52,578 nucleotides of DNA from Clostridia bacterium (GTDB lineage: Bacteria > Bacillota > Clostridia > Oscillospirales > CAG-272): assembly GCA_017646745.1 (NCBI GenBank), contig JAGCLY010000062.1:1-52578 (forward strand), in the 5' to 3' direction. Of this stretch, positions 21,522 through 31,580 are shown piece by piece. Under the pieces are notes generated by a model, which had not been told where the DNA came from, did no database searches, and was given only the letters and a program-made list of their open reading frames with translations. How positions within the stretch are numbered: the stretch's first letter is position 1; each line of letters opens with the position of its first letter. A program made the position numbers and the translations under genes.

Positions 21522-22690
21522 TATCTCATTCTCGACAGTCTTGCGAGACCGCTTTTTAATCCCTCGATAAGTCCGTCTATGTCCTCTTTTGTATTTCTGT
21601 GTGAAAGGCTTATGCGTATTGAAGTATCTGCCTCACCAGCGCTTCTGCCAAATGCGGTCAGGGCAGAGGATATATGTGCTGCGTTGGATGAGCAGGCAGA
21701 TCCGCTGGATACGTAAATTCCAAGGGATGAAAGGTAGTGTAGCATAGTTTCGCTCTTTATCTTCGGCAGGGTGACGTTAAGTATATGTGGCGCAGATGCC
21801 TTGGGCTTTGTGATAGAAATCTCTCCCAGAGCCTCATCAGCCTCAATTTTTTCTATAAGATAGCTCTTAAGCGCAGAAATATGGGCATATCGCTGACGCA
21901 GAGAAGTCGATCCTATCTTAATTGCCTCGCCAAATGCCGCAATTCCGGGCACGTTCTCTGTTCCTGAGCGCAGACCACCCTCCTGACCACCGCCGAGAAT
22001 TATGGGCGCAATTCCACGGGCCTTCATAACCGCACTGTCGATAACAAGCGCACCCACACCCTTTGGTCCCTCAATCTTGTGAGAGGAAATGGTTATAAGA
22101 TCTGCGCCGCATTTTGCCTTGCTGAAGGGAATCTTAAGGTAGCTCTGGGTGGCATCAACGTGGAGAAATGCATCGGGTGAGGAAAGCCTCATCAGCCTTG
22201 CCACTTCTGCCGTGTCATACAGGGCGCCGGTCTCGTTGTTAACCATCATCATACTTACAAGTATAACGTCACGGGTAAGCTCAGCCTTAAGACACTCCAT
22301 ATCGATCTCGCCGCCCACGGTGGGGATTCTGACAATCTTATATCCCATGTTGGCAAGCATATTAAGGGGCGCATCTACCGATGCATGCTCGCCCATGGTG
22401 GTTATTATCTTAGCGCCATTTTTATATCGCTCCTTCGACATTGCTCGACCTATAATGGCAAGATTGTTTGCCTCGGTTCCCGATGCAGTAAAGACAACCG
22501 TCATACCCTTTGCGCCAAGTGAGGTGCATATTTCATTTCTCACGGTGTCGATTACTCTCTCGGCATCAAAGCCCAGACCGTGAAGTGACGAGGGATTGCC
22601 GTAACATTCTCTCGACACCTGTATATATTTGTCCAGGGCCTCGTCGCATATTCTCGTTGTTGCGCTGTTGTCAAGATAAATCTGTTTCAC
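21521..22690 (-). CDS. Cysteine desulfurase (NifS/IscS family)
   Basis: YLDNSATT, GNPSSLH, VNNETG, HVDATQ, SSHKIEGPKGVG, SSGSACSS. Confidence 0.93.
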   Translation of the reverse strand: MKQIYLDNSATTRICDEALDKYIQVSRECYGNPSSLHGLGFDAERVIDTVRNEICTSLGAKGMTVVFTASGTEANNLAIIGRAMSKERYKNGAKIITTMGEHASVDAPLNMLANMGYKIVRIPTVGGEIDMECLKAELTRDVILVSMMMVNNETGALYDTAEVARLMRLSSPDAFLHVDATQSYLKIPFSKAKCGADLITISSHKIEGPKGVGALVIDSAVMKARGIAPIILGGGQEGGLRSGTENVPGIAAFGEAIKIGSTSLRQRYAHISALKSYLIEKIEADEALGEISITKPKASAPHILNVTLPKIKSETMLHYLSSLGIYVSSGSACSSNAAHISSALTAFGRSAGEADTSIRISLSHRNTKEDIDGLIEGLKSGLARLSRMR

Positions 22691-24050
22691 TCTTTTTTCT
22701 CGTTTCTTCTATATTTTGTAAACTAATATTTTCATATTCAGAGATTTTGTGGCAAATTTCCTTAAAATGCTCGCCTCGCTCGACATAATTTTTGTATCTA
22801 TCATAGCTCGTGGATGCAGGGGAGAGCATCAAAACTCCAACATTCTTTGCGACAGCATAGCCAACATTTACCGCCTCATCCATATTGTTTACCACTTTGG
22901 CTTTAACGTGTGTCGATACACATCTGTATATCTCATCTGCATTTTCTCCGCAGATTATGGCCTCTTCGGTGTACTTTTTCAGTGCTGGAACAAGCTCGCC
23001 ATAGTCAAGTCCCTTGCCCCTGCCGCCGAGAATAACTACTGCCCGTCGGTTGAGCGAGAATAAGGTCTGAGCTGTCCTTGCCGGAGTGGAATCTATTGAT
23101 GAATCTATAAAATCTACGCCATCCTTGCTTAAAAACAGCTCGCACCTGTGGGCGAGACCGCCAAAATTTCTTGCAACAGACATCATAGCCTCACGACTTA
23201 CCGTTCCGTCCGTCATGGCTATTGCCATCATAAGGTTTCTTATGTTATGCGCCTCTTGTCTTTTAATCTGAGAGATAGGTATCAGATGTCGTCTGTTGCG
23301 GCAAATATATCCATTTTCGACAGTATAATATGTTTTTGCGCTCCGCTTTAACAAAAGCTCATCAAAATCCAATCTGTCGCTGATTATACCGCCTCCAAGG
23401 GTAAAATCCTCGCCTACCACTGTCATTTCAGCACCCTTTAGCAATGACAGCTTTGTACTTTTGTACTCCTCGAAGGATTTATGCCAATTCAGATGGTTGG
23501 GAGTTATATTAGTAATACACGCCGAACGAACACTTGGTGACAAATATTGCAGCATAAAGCTTGACAGCTCGCATACATAACAGTCGGCATCTGCCGTAAG
23601 ATAGGGCATCATCGGCTCGCCCACGTTGCCTATAAGAGGTGCTTTATATCCTGCTTTTGTCAGCAAAAGATGTACCAGCGTTGCCGTAGTGCTCTTTCCG
23701 TCCGAGCCTGTTATGGCATAAATCGGCCGCTTGTTTCTTTCAAAAAACAGCTCTGCATCAGATGTAAATATGACTCCTCTCGCACGGGCTTCCTTAAGCT
23801 CCTTGCGATCCCGCCTTACCGACGGAGAGAAAAATATAATATCCTCGTCTAAATGCTCTCTAGCATTTTCACTACACAGAATTCTGTCTACCCTTATTCC
23901 TTTTGGAATTTCTTCCCCGTTTATTTTACCGTCTGAGCGCAGAGTAATATTGCAATTTTGCAGCGGCAGACAGCAGAGTAGGGCAGAATTGGTCATTCCG
24001 AGACCGTAAAACCCGACAGAGCAGCCTTCGTTAAGCATAGAATAAATCAT
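22671..24050 (-). CDS. murD: UDP-N-acetylmuramoyl-L-alanine--D-glutamate ligase
   Basis: AITGSDGKSTT, GNVG, ELSSFML, NITPNHLNWH, GLAHRCE, ILGG, LSPASTSYD..ERG; start chosen from RBS; TTGACG-17-TATAAT upstream. Confidence 0.88.
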   Translation of the reverse strand: MIYSMLNEGCSVGFYGLGMTNSALLCCLPLQNCNITLRSDGKINGEEIPKGIRVDRILCSENAREHLDEDIIFFSPSVRRDRKELKEARARGVIFTSDAELFFERNKRPIYAITGSDGKSTTATLVHLLLTKAGYKAPLIGNVGEPMMPYLTADADCYVCELSSFMLQYLSPSVRSACITNITPNHLNWHKSFEEYKSTKLSLLKGAEMTVVGEDFTLGGGIISDRLDFDELLLKRSAKTYYTVENGYICRNRRHLIPISQIKRQEAHNIRNLMMAIAMTDGTVSREAMMSVARNFGGLAHRCELFLSKDGVDFIDSSIDSTPARTAQTLFSLNRRAVVILGGRGKGLDYGELVPALKKYTEEAIICGENADEIYRCVSTHVKAKVVNNMDEAVNVGYAVAKNVGVLMLSPASTSYDRYKNYVERGEHFKEICHKISEYENISLQNIEETRKKSETDLS

Positions 24051-24112
24051 AAAAATCACCCTTTATTATAATTTATTTTTTCTCATCCGTCAAGTCGTAT
24101 TTTAAATATAAA

Positions 24113-24150
24113 AAAACCGACGCCTTCAATATATGAAAACATCGGTTTTT
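24113..24150 (-). terminator. Terminator downstream of rnpB
   Basis: AAAAACCGA...TCGGTTTTT inverted repeat. Confidence 0.6.
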
Positions 24151-24162
24151 CAGTTAAAGTAA

Positions 24163-24645
24163 TGACCGAGTTTGTAAGCCGGGTTCTGTACGTCTTGCGA
24201 CGCAGCCGTCATCTATCTTCACTGCGAATTACTCCGCAGTTCAAGCCAAATGGCTCTGCCACCATGAAACGGGCGAGCAGCCCGTCAGTTGCCTGAAAAT
24301 CAAGGTGTTGCATCGGATAGGGTTTACAGCAAACCTATGTTACCATAGGAGTGGGTGAGCTCTTACCTCGCCTTTCCATCCTTACCCTGATTGCTATGTA
24401 GAGTGCAGAACAAAATCCAAGACTTTTTAGACGCGATTTTCAGGCTTGACATAGGTAACTATGCCTTGCGCCGTGAAATTCACGTCTTCTGCGCACTACA
24501 TAACAATCAGGGCGGTTTATTTCTGTTGCACTTTCCCGCGGGTCGCCCCGGGCGGACGTTATCCGTTATCCTGCTCTGCGATGCCCGGACTTTCCTCGCC
24601 GTAACAGCTTTCGCCAACATACGGCGCGACAGCCCCACTCGGTCA
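24163..24645 (-). ncRNA. rnpB: RNase P RNA (type A) with enlarged P12
   Basis: Minus strand has GAGGAAAGTCCGGGC, AGTGCAACAGAAA, GGTAAGAGC, GTAAACCC, AGATAGATG and ACAGAACCCGGCTTA; P1 formed by TGACCGAGT/ACTCGGTCA. Confidence 0.96.
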
Positions 24646-24652
24646 ATGAGTT

Positions 24653-24681
24653 ATTATACTAAATTTTTATTGGTTTGTCAA
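24653..24681 (-). promoter_or_regulatory. Sigma-A promoter of rnpB
   Basis: TTGACA-17-TATAAT on the minus strand just upstream of P1. Confidence 0.9.
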
Positions 24682-24684
24682 GCC

Positions 24685-27057
24685 TTATATGCTTCTTGAT
24701 TTTGAGCAGGTGAAGTAAATTATCTGTCTGTCACGTGAAATTTCCTTCAGCGCCTTGATTGCCGCCCACGTTCGCTTATCATCAAAGGCGGTGAATGGAT
24801 CGTCGAGGATAATAAAGGGGCTTTCCTTTTCGTACAGCGAATCCACCAGCGCCAGCCTTGCCGCCAGATTGAACATATCCTTTGTGCCTCGGCTATATGC
24901 ATCGGTGGGCTTTGTTGTCATACCCTCCTGCTTTGTCACGCTGAAGTCGGTGTCCATCTCAAACCTCTCACCTGAAATACCGCCGATCTTCTCGGCGTAT
25001 TTTATGAATCCTGCCTTTGTCTTTCCAAGATATTTTGCCGTCATATTATCGCTTGCCGCCGCAAGATATTTCTTGGTTAACAGCACGGTTTCATAGTTCT
25101 CGGTGTCGCATGCCAGCTTTTCCTCTAACTCGCTCTTGCGCAGTATCAGCTCCTCGCGGCTCTCCAGCTCCTCGCTCTGATTGGCGTAGGCCCTTTCGGT
25201 AAGAGCGTAATCTCTGCTTAAGCCTGCCACCAGCTCATCATTTTCCTTGCGAAGTCTGTCGATCTCTTCAAGCTCTGCCTCGGCTCTTCTTTGATCTCCC
25301 TCACCTATGGAGTGCAGGCTCTGCAGCCTTGCCATATCTGCTCTTTTTGCATTTATCTCGCCGCACAGTCTGATGTATTCGTTAAGCGCTGTACGCAGCT
25401 CACCAAAGGGATCGTTGGTTTTTAGCTTGAATCTGCCTATAAAGGCGTTTACCTCTGCTTTAAGTTGTTTTGCTCGCTCTGACCTTTGACCTCTTTCGAT
25501 TATCAGATATTTTTCTGCGGCCATAAGCTCGGTGTATCTGTCGTAATCTCTGATGATCTGCTCAGCCGACATTCCGGGGTAAAGCAGGCACAGGTCCTTT
25601 ATTAGCACATGAAGCCTTTCGCTTTCCTCAGCACTTATACCGCCTGTAACAACCGGCATCAGTCTGCGCATATCCGCAAGTCTTGTGAGCATTTCATCTT
25701 TTCCGTCCACGCTCACACCCGATACCGAGGAAAAGAAGTCATTTATCTTGTTCCTCTTATCTCTTCCGGCTTTGCTAAGCCATATACCGAAGACTATTGC
25801 TGAAGCTATGATTCCAACAGCGCCTGCTATAGGGTTAAGTATTTGTGTGAATATACCCACAAGGCATGCTGTTGCCACAAGGATAAACAGTATCGCTCCG
25901 ATTGGCGATCTGCCTTTCTTTTCATTGATAAATCGCTCCATCTCATCGATTTCGTCTACCGTGGGTACTCTTTTTGCAAAAATTCTTCTAGCCATTTTAA
26001 CATCGGGGTCGCTTTCATCAATGCTTTCGGATTTCAGTCGCTCTATCGCACCTCTTGCATTCTCAATCTTTGATTGATCAACCGTAGCAAATCTTGTGCC
26101 AAGAAGCAAAAGCTCATCATTTTTATTTCCGGATGTGGCCGCCTCAAGATTCTTTGCCTCCACGCTCTTATAGCTTGCCTCGTCGATCTCGCTGTGAGTG
26201 GGAATCCTTTCGCCAAAAATCTCGGCAACAGCGTCTCTCTGTTTTTCGCTTTGCTCAATGATGGCCTTTATCTCCTTGTACTGCTTTTCATATCCCATCT
26301 CAGCCGCGCGCAGAGTTGCTTCCTCACGCCTCTTCATAAGTGCTCGAGCATCGCCTCTTGCCGCTTCCATCTGCTTTGCCAGCTCGGCGAGTCTTGTGCG
26401 GCTTTCTGCCGCCGCCCTTTCTGTTTCTCTAAGCGCATCTAAACGGCGGTTAATGGTGTCGATTTTTGCTTTGGTATCGGCAATCTCTCCCGATCCACCC
26501 TTTTTATAGTAGAATTTACGCTTTTCCTCCAGCGCTTTAAGCGCCTCGTCCATACCGCCGATATCACCGTCACAGCCAACCAGGTCGGACAGCTTTGCAG
26601 ATATAGATTTGTTCTCGCTTTTGGGTGTCAGGGCACGCTCGGAAAGAAATACCGTTCTCTCAAATCCGTCCGCATCTATACCGAACAGTCCCTCACCAAG
26701 TCCCTCGGGGAAATCGGTGCTTATTCTTCCGGTCAGGGTGTCGTAGAGAGTGTAGTTGTCATCTGACGCCTTGGGTGCAAAGCTTCTCTCCACACGATAG
26801 GTTTTTCCGCCTGCAGAGAAGGTAAGGCTTCCGCCACAGGCTCCGCCGCCCCAGGGCAGATAGTGCTTTCTGTCATTCTCGTCAAGGGCGGCTCTTTTGG
26901 TGTCGCTCATGCCGTACAGCATTACCTTGATAAATACCGCCAGGGTGGTTTTTCCGCTTCCGTTATCTTCTATAATACAGTTAAGTCCGTCGGTAAAATT
27001 AAACTTTTGTTTACATATTTTGCCAAAATTTTCAATATAGCATTCTATTAGCTTCAT
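24685..27057 (-). CDS. SMC/Rad50-like ATPase (YhaN/SbcE-like) with central hydrophobic hairpin
   Basis: IENFG, Walker A NGSGKTT, coiled coils, signature YSRGT, Walker B IILDDPF, YFTC. Confidence 0.85.
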   Translation of the reverse strand: MKLIECYIENFGKICKQKFNFTDGLNCIIEDNGSGKTTLAVFIKVMLYGMSDTKRAALDENDRKHYLPWGGGACGGSLTFSAGGKTYRVERSFAPKASDDNYTLYDTLTGRISTDFPEGLGEGLFGIDADGFERTVFLSERALTPKSENKSISAKLSDLVGCDGDIGGMDEALKALEEKRKFYYKKGGSGEIADTKAKIDTINRRLDALRETERAAAESRTRLAELAKQMEAARGDARALMKRREEATLRAAEMGYEKQYKEIKAIIEQSEKQRDAVAEIFGERIPTHSEIDEASYKSVEAKNLEAATSGNKNDELLLLGTRFATVDQSKIENARGAIERLKSESIDESDPDVKMARRIFAKRVPTVDEIDEMERFINEKKGRSPIGAILFILVATACLVGIFTQILNPIAGAVGIIASAIVFGIWLSKAGRDKRNKINDFFSSVSGVSVDGKDEMLTRLADMRRLMPVVTGGISAEESERLHVLIKDLCLLYPGMSAEQIIRDYDRYTELMAAEKYLIIERGQRSERAKQLKAEVNAFIGRFKLKTNDPFGELRTALNEYIRLCGEINAKRADMARLQSLHSIGEGDQRRAEAELEEIDRLRKENDELVAGLSRDYALTERAYANQSEELESREELILRKSELEEKLACDTENYETVLLTKKYLAAASDNMTAKYLGKTKAGFIKYAEKIGGISGERFEMDTDFSVTKQEGMTTKPTDAYSRGTKDMFNLAARLALVDSLYEKESPFIILDDPFTAFDDKRTWAAIKALKEISRDRQIIYFTCSKSRSI

Positions 27058-27070
27058 TTTTACCTCCGTC

Positions 27071-28144
27071 TTAGTTATCAAATAGATCCTCGCCCATCAG
27101 CGCATTTATACCGCAGGCGATGATCCTTTCTTTAGTCTCTTCGTCCAGACTGTCATCTGCGCTTACCGTGCGAATAAACTCTCCCTTGAGCGACATATCG
27201 TGCTTATAATCCTCAGGGTTAATGGCTATGCGTGAGGAGTCCTTTATCTCAAAATAGTAGAACTTGTTTTGGTATTCACGTAATAGCGAGTCGGTGTCCT
27301 TCCACAGATTCTGGCTATATCTTCCTACCAGCTCCAGTCTGACAATGTCGCAGGACGGTATTCCCTTAAGAGTCACAGCGGCCTGTGTCATAATATCCGA
27401 TGCCTTTGTTATACCGTCGAGAGGGAGCTGAGCTATGTGCAGCTTGCGGCCGGCAAAGCTCTTGAAGCTGTGTGTAACTACTGTTTCATCGGCAGATATT
27501 ACAACGTATCCCTTGTCACCCGCCTCGTCAAATCCTCGTCCCTCGGGGGTACCGCAGTAAACCGCAGTACCTCTGCCGTCGATGGCCTCGCTTGAATAGG
27601 AGTGATAGTGGCCGAGAGCAAGGTAATCTATACCTCTGTCTGCCGCATCCTTTATTCCTATACTTTCCGGGGCAGAGCATCTGTCACGCAGCTCACCGTG
27701 GAGAATAACTATATTCTTTGTGCTATGGGGCAGGCTCAGCTCGTTGAACATGTTTTGTGTAATTGAGTTTCTTCCTGCAAAGGTTACCCCGCCGATTCTA
27801 TGATAGGTCCATTCGTCCCCAAAGGTCCTTATATTATCGGGCATAGCTCTGCCGGACAGCGCAAGGGCATTGCCATCGTGGTTGCCCTGGAGATAAAGAA
27901 ATGTTATATCCCTCGCATATTCAATAATATCAAGCGTGGTGTCCAGCGCTCGCTTTGAAACTCTCTCGCCGTCAAACAAATCTCCGGCTATAATGATTGC
28001 CTCTGCGCCGAGGGTCCTCGCTTCTTTTACCAGCCTGCCGAAGCCGCTGAGCAGCTCTCGCCGCCTTTCTCGTACCTGTGTCCCGGGCAGTCTTGTGGTA
28101 AGAGGAGAATCAAGATGAATGTCTGATGTATGTATGATTTTCAT
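27071..28144 (-). CDS. Mre11/SbcD-like DNA repair metallophosphoesterase (YhaO-like)
   Basis: HTSDIHLD, AGDLFD, GNHD, LHG, YLALGHYH, YCGTPEGRGFDE. Confidence 0.9.
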   Translation of the reverse strand: MKIIHTSDIHLDSPLTTRLPGTQVRERRRELLSGFGRLVKEARTLGAEAIIIAGDLFDGERVSKRALDTTLDIIEYARDITFLYLQGNHDGNALALSGRAMPDNIRTFGDEWTYHRIGGVTFAGRNSITQNMFNELSLPHSTKNIVILHGELRDRCSAPESIGIKDAADRGIDYLALGHYHSYSSEAIDGRGTAVYCGTPEGRGFDEAGDKGYVVISADETVVTHSFKSFAGRKLHIAQLPLDGITKASDIMTQAAVTLKGIPSCDIVRLELVGRYSQNLWKDTDSLLREYQNKFYYFEIKDSSRIAINPEDYKHDMSLKGEFIRTVSADDSLDEETKERIIACGINALMGEDLFDN

Positions 28145-28252
28145 ATTTCTCCGTCCTTTTTTCTTTTACAAAAATATTATACATTTTTTTACCTCGGTTG
28201 TCAATGTTTTTACCAAAGCCTTCTGTATTTGATAACACCCCTGCCATTTATA

Positions 28253-28281
28253 TTGACATTATTTGTAATTTGTGGTATAAT
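28253..28281 (+). promoter_or_regulatory. Sigma-A promoter of the LRR gene
   Basis: TTGACA-17-TATAAT with extended TG. Confidence 0.85.
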
Positions 28282-28335
28282 ATGCCAACTAATACTTGTT
28301 AGGGTATAAAAGAAACACCATGTGAGGACATTGCA

Positions 28336-31300
28336 ATGGATGAAATGAATAACCTCCAAGAAAATCAGAACAATGAGGAAATAAAAGAGCAGGGGACTTC
28401 TACCCCCGAAACCACAAAGGTAAATAATCCTACCGTGAAAATTCCTATACTCAAAACTCCCATACCTAAGTTACCGTTGATTATTGGCGGTGCAATTGCA
28501 GGTATCGCTGCTATCGCTATTTCGGTTGCGTTGATTATCGGCGGTGGCAATGGAAATCAAGGCGATGAAAATAATCCCAACGGAAATGGTCACGAGCATA
28601 GTTTTGGAGAGTGGACTGTTGTTGACGATCCCACTTGTACTGAGGCAGGTATTGAGGAACGAATTTGCGAATGCGACGAGAAGGAAAACCGTCCCATTAA
28701 CGCGCTCGGGCACACTGAAGTTGTAGACGCATCGGTTGTGGCAACATGTAAATCCACAGGCTTGACCGAAGGTAAGCATTGTTCCACTTGCAATACAGTT
28801 ATTATTGCTCAATCTAGTGTAGAAAAACTCCCCCACACATATGATGACGTTTATGACACCAATTGCAACATTTGTGGTGAAACAAGAGTTGTAGACTGCT
28901 CACACACCGATACCGAAGTCATTCCGGGTAGGGATGCTTCTTGCACAGATGTAGGTCTTACAGATGGTACAAAGTGCAAAAAGTGTGGTGAAACCCTCGT
29001 AGCGCAGGAAACTATTCCCGTTACAGCTCATACATACGATAACAAGTATGACGATGAATGTAACGTGTGCGGTTATAAGCGCGATGCGGAATGCGCTCAT
29101 ACTGAAACTGAAAGCATAAATGGTTACGATGCTACTTGTACAGAAACAGGTCTTACGGATGGTACGAAGTGCAAAAAGTGTGGTGAAACAATAACTGCAC
29201 AAGAAACTATACCTATGCTTGCTCACACATACGACGATAAATACGATGAGGATTGCAATGTTTGTGGTCATATACGAGAAGCAGAATGCGCTCACATCGA
29301 AACTGAAACAGTTGAAGGTAAAGAAGCAACTTGTACTGCCACAGGCCTTACTGACGGCTCAAAATGCAAAAAATGTGGTGAAAACCTTGTGCCACAATCT
29401 GTAATTCCGTTAAAACCTCATACCGAGGCTATTTATACAGCTCTTGCAGCAACATGTACCAGCACAGGTTATACCGAAGGTAAGTATTGCTCTGTGTGTA
29501 GCAAGGTGCTGACTGCACAATCAACAGTTCCTATGAAACCTCATACAGAAGTTATTGATTCAGCGCTTGCAGCAACATGTACCAGCACGGGTCTTACCGA
29601 AGGCAAGCATTGTTCTGTGTGTTCAAAAGTTCTTGTGTATCAAACAGAAGTTCCGATGAAACCTCATACAGAGGTTATTGATGCGGCAGTATCTGCTACA
29701 TGTGCAAGCACGGGACTTACAGAAGGCAAGCATTGCTCGGTATGTAACACGGTCATTATCGCACAAAATATCATTCCCGCAGCTCATAAATACTCTGACA
29801 AATATGAATATAATGACGATTATCATTGGTTTAAGTGTACTGTTTGTAACAAAAAAAACATATCTAATCATATTACTGATGATGAAGCAGTTTGTTCTTT
29901 ATGTAATCATATAGTTTGTCCTAGCTCGGGTATAATATATGATTTTTCTGACGACGGCACTTATGCTATGGTAGTTGCATACAATGGTAGCGCAAAGAAA
30001 ATTAGAATTGCAGATACATATGAAGGCTTGCCAGTTAGGACTATATACAATAATGCGTTTTATGAAAACAAAACAATAACCACGATTATTATTCCTGATA
30101 GCGTTACAAGTATTGGTGATTATGCGTTCTATAAATGCTCTAGCCTCGCCTCAGTTGTAATTCCCGACAGTGTTACAAGTATTGGTGATTATGCGTTTAA
30201 CTCTTGTTACACCATTAGATCGGTTGAAATCGGTGACGGAGTGGCTAGTATTGGTAGGTCAGCGTTTGAAAAGTGCGAAAAGCTTTACTCGGTTGAAATT
30301 GGCAACAGCGTTGTTTCTATTGGTGTTAATGCGTTCTATTATTGTTCCAGCCTTACCTCTGTTGTAATCCCCGACAGTGTTACTTCTATTGGTAGTGCTG
30401 CGTTCTATTTGTGCCATAACCTTGACTCGGTTCTAATCGGTGATAGTGTTACAAGTATTGGTTCTAATGCGTTCGGTGATTGCTACGATTTAAAAGGTGT
30501 TTATATTAGTGATGTTGCAAATTGGTGTTCAATAAATTTTGAAAACTATTATGCGAATCCCTTATATCGCGCAAAAAATCTGTACGTTGACAATGTACTT
30601 ATAACCGAACTTGAAATCCCTGACAGCGTTACAAGTATTGGTGATTATGTGTTCTATAATTGCTCCAACCTCGCCTCTGTTGTAATTGGTGACAGCGTTT
30701 CAAGTATTTCCTCTTCTGCCTTTAATGGTTGCTCCAATCTTCAGTTCAACGAATATGAAAATTGTACATACCTTGGCAGCAAAGACAACCCATACTTTGC
30801 TTTGATTAAAGCTACAACACAGAACTTGAGTAGCTACACCATACATGAAAATACTAAAGTTATTGCTAATTCTGCGTTCTCTGGATGCTCCAGACTTAGT
30901 TCTGTCGTAATCCCTGATAGCGTTACAAGTATTGGAGATGCTGCGTTCTATTCTTGCTCCAACCTTACCTCGGTTGAAATCTCTGATAGTGTTACTTCTA
31001 TTGGTTTTGCTGCGTTCAGTTCTTGCTCCAACCTTACCTCGGTAGTAATCCCCGACAGCGTTGCAAACATTGGTGAGCGTGCATTCGCCCTTTGCACCAG
31101 CCTTACTTCGATTGTAATCCCCGACCACGTTACAAGTATTGGTTATGATGCATTCTATAAATGCTCCAGCCTTACTTCGGTTGTAATCGGTAACAGCGTT
31201 ACTTCTATTGGCGAGAGAGCGTTCTATTCTTGCTCCAACCTTACCTCTGTTGTAATCCCTAATAGTGTTACTTCTATTGGTAAGGAATCGTTCTATAAAT

Positions 31301-31563
31301 GCTCCAGTCTCGCCTCGGTTGTAATCGGTGACAACGTTACTTCTATTGGTGATAATGCCTTCTATGATTGTCAGAGGCTTCGTTCTATGGTAATAGGCAA
31401 TAGTGTGACTCGTATTGGCCATAGTGCATTCTTAAATTGCTCCAACCTTAAAGATGTATATTACACAGGTAACGAAGCAGGGTGGAAGAATGTTGTTATT
31501 GAACCTTGGAATTCTTATATTCAAACAGCCACAATACATTATAATTATGTTCCCGAAAACTAA
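28336..31563 (+). CDS. Membrane-anchored BspA/LRR_5 leucine-rich-repeat surface protein with Cys/His-repeat stalk
   Basis: N-terminal TM helix; ATCTxxGLTEGKHCSVC repeats; about 17 IPDSVTSIGxxAFxxCSxL repeats. Confidence 0.9.
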   Translation: MDEMNNLQENQNNEEIKEQGTSTPETTKVNNPTVKIPILKTPIPKLPLIIGGAIAGIAAIAISVALIIGGGNGNQGDENNPNGNGHEHSFGEWTVVDDPTCTEAGIEERICECDEKENRPINALGHTEVVDASVVATCKSTGLTEGKHCSTCNTVIIAQSSVEKLPHTYDDVYDTNCNICGETRVVDCSHTDTEVIPGRDASCTDVGLTDGTKCKKCGETLVAQETIPVTAHTYDNKYDDECNVCGYKRDAECAHTETESINGYDATCTETGLTDGTKCKKCGETITAQETIPMLAHTYDDKYDEDCNVCGHIREAECAHIETETVEGKEATCTATGLTDGSKCKKCGENLVPQSVIPLKPHTEAIYTALAATCTSTGYTEGKYCSVCSKVLTAQSTVPMKPHTEVIDSALAATCTSTGLTEGKHCSVCSKVLVYQTEVPMKPHTEVIDAAVSATCASTGLTEGKHCSVCNTVIIAQNIIPAAHKYSDKYEYNDDYHWFKCTVCNKKNISNHITDDEAVCSLCNHIVCPSSGIIYDFSDDGTYAMVVAYNGSAKKIRIADTYEGLPVRTIYNNAFYENKTITTIIIPDSVTSIGDYAFYKCSSLASVVIPDSVTSIGDYAFNSCYTIRSVEIGDGVASIGRSAFEKCEKLYSVEIGNSVVSIGVNAFYYCSSLTSVVIPDSVTSIGSAAFYLCHNLDSVLIGDSVTSIGSNAFGDCYDLKGVYISDVANWCSINFENYYANPLYRAKNLYVDNVLITELEIPDSVTSIGDYVFYNCSNLASVVIGDSVSSISSSAFNGCSNLQFNEYENCTYLGSKDNPYFALIKATTQNLSSYTIHENTKVIANSAFSGCSRLSSVVIPDSVTSIGDAAFYSCSNLTSVEISDSVTSIGFAAFSSCSNLTSVVIPDSVANIGERAFALCTSLTSIVIPDHVTSIGYDAFYKCSSLTSVVIGNSVTSIGERAFYSCSNLTSVVIPNSVTSIGKESFYKCSSLASVVIGDNVTSIGDNAFYDCQRLRSMVIGNSVTRIGHSAFLNCSNLKDVYYTGNEAGWKNVVIEPWNSYIQTATIHYNYVPEN
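28897..29790 (+). repeat. Intragenic tandem repeats (195-bp and 123-bp units) encoding Cys/His modules
   Basis: Units at 28897/29092/29287 and 29413/29536/29659. Confidence 0.85.
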
Positions 31564-31580
31564 CCATAAATACAAAATTA

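Noticed and set aside
24391-24699. 102-aa ORF
   Set aside because: Antisense to the RNase P RNA and its promoter.
28590-29910. Multiheme cytochrome interpretation of the CxxC/His repeats
   Set aside because: The motifs are HCxxC or CxxCxH, not CxxCH.
30090-31460. CRISPR array interpretation of the 69-bp periodic repeats
   Set aside because: The repeats are in-frame LRR coding units without unique spacers, and no cas genes are present.
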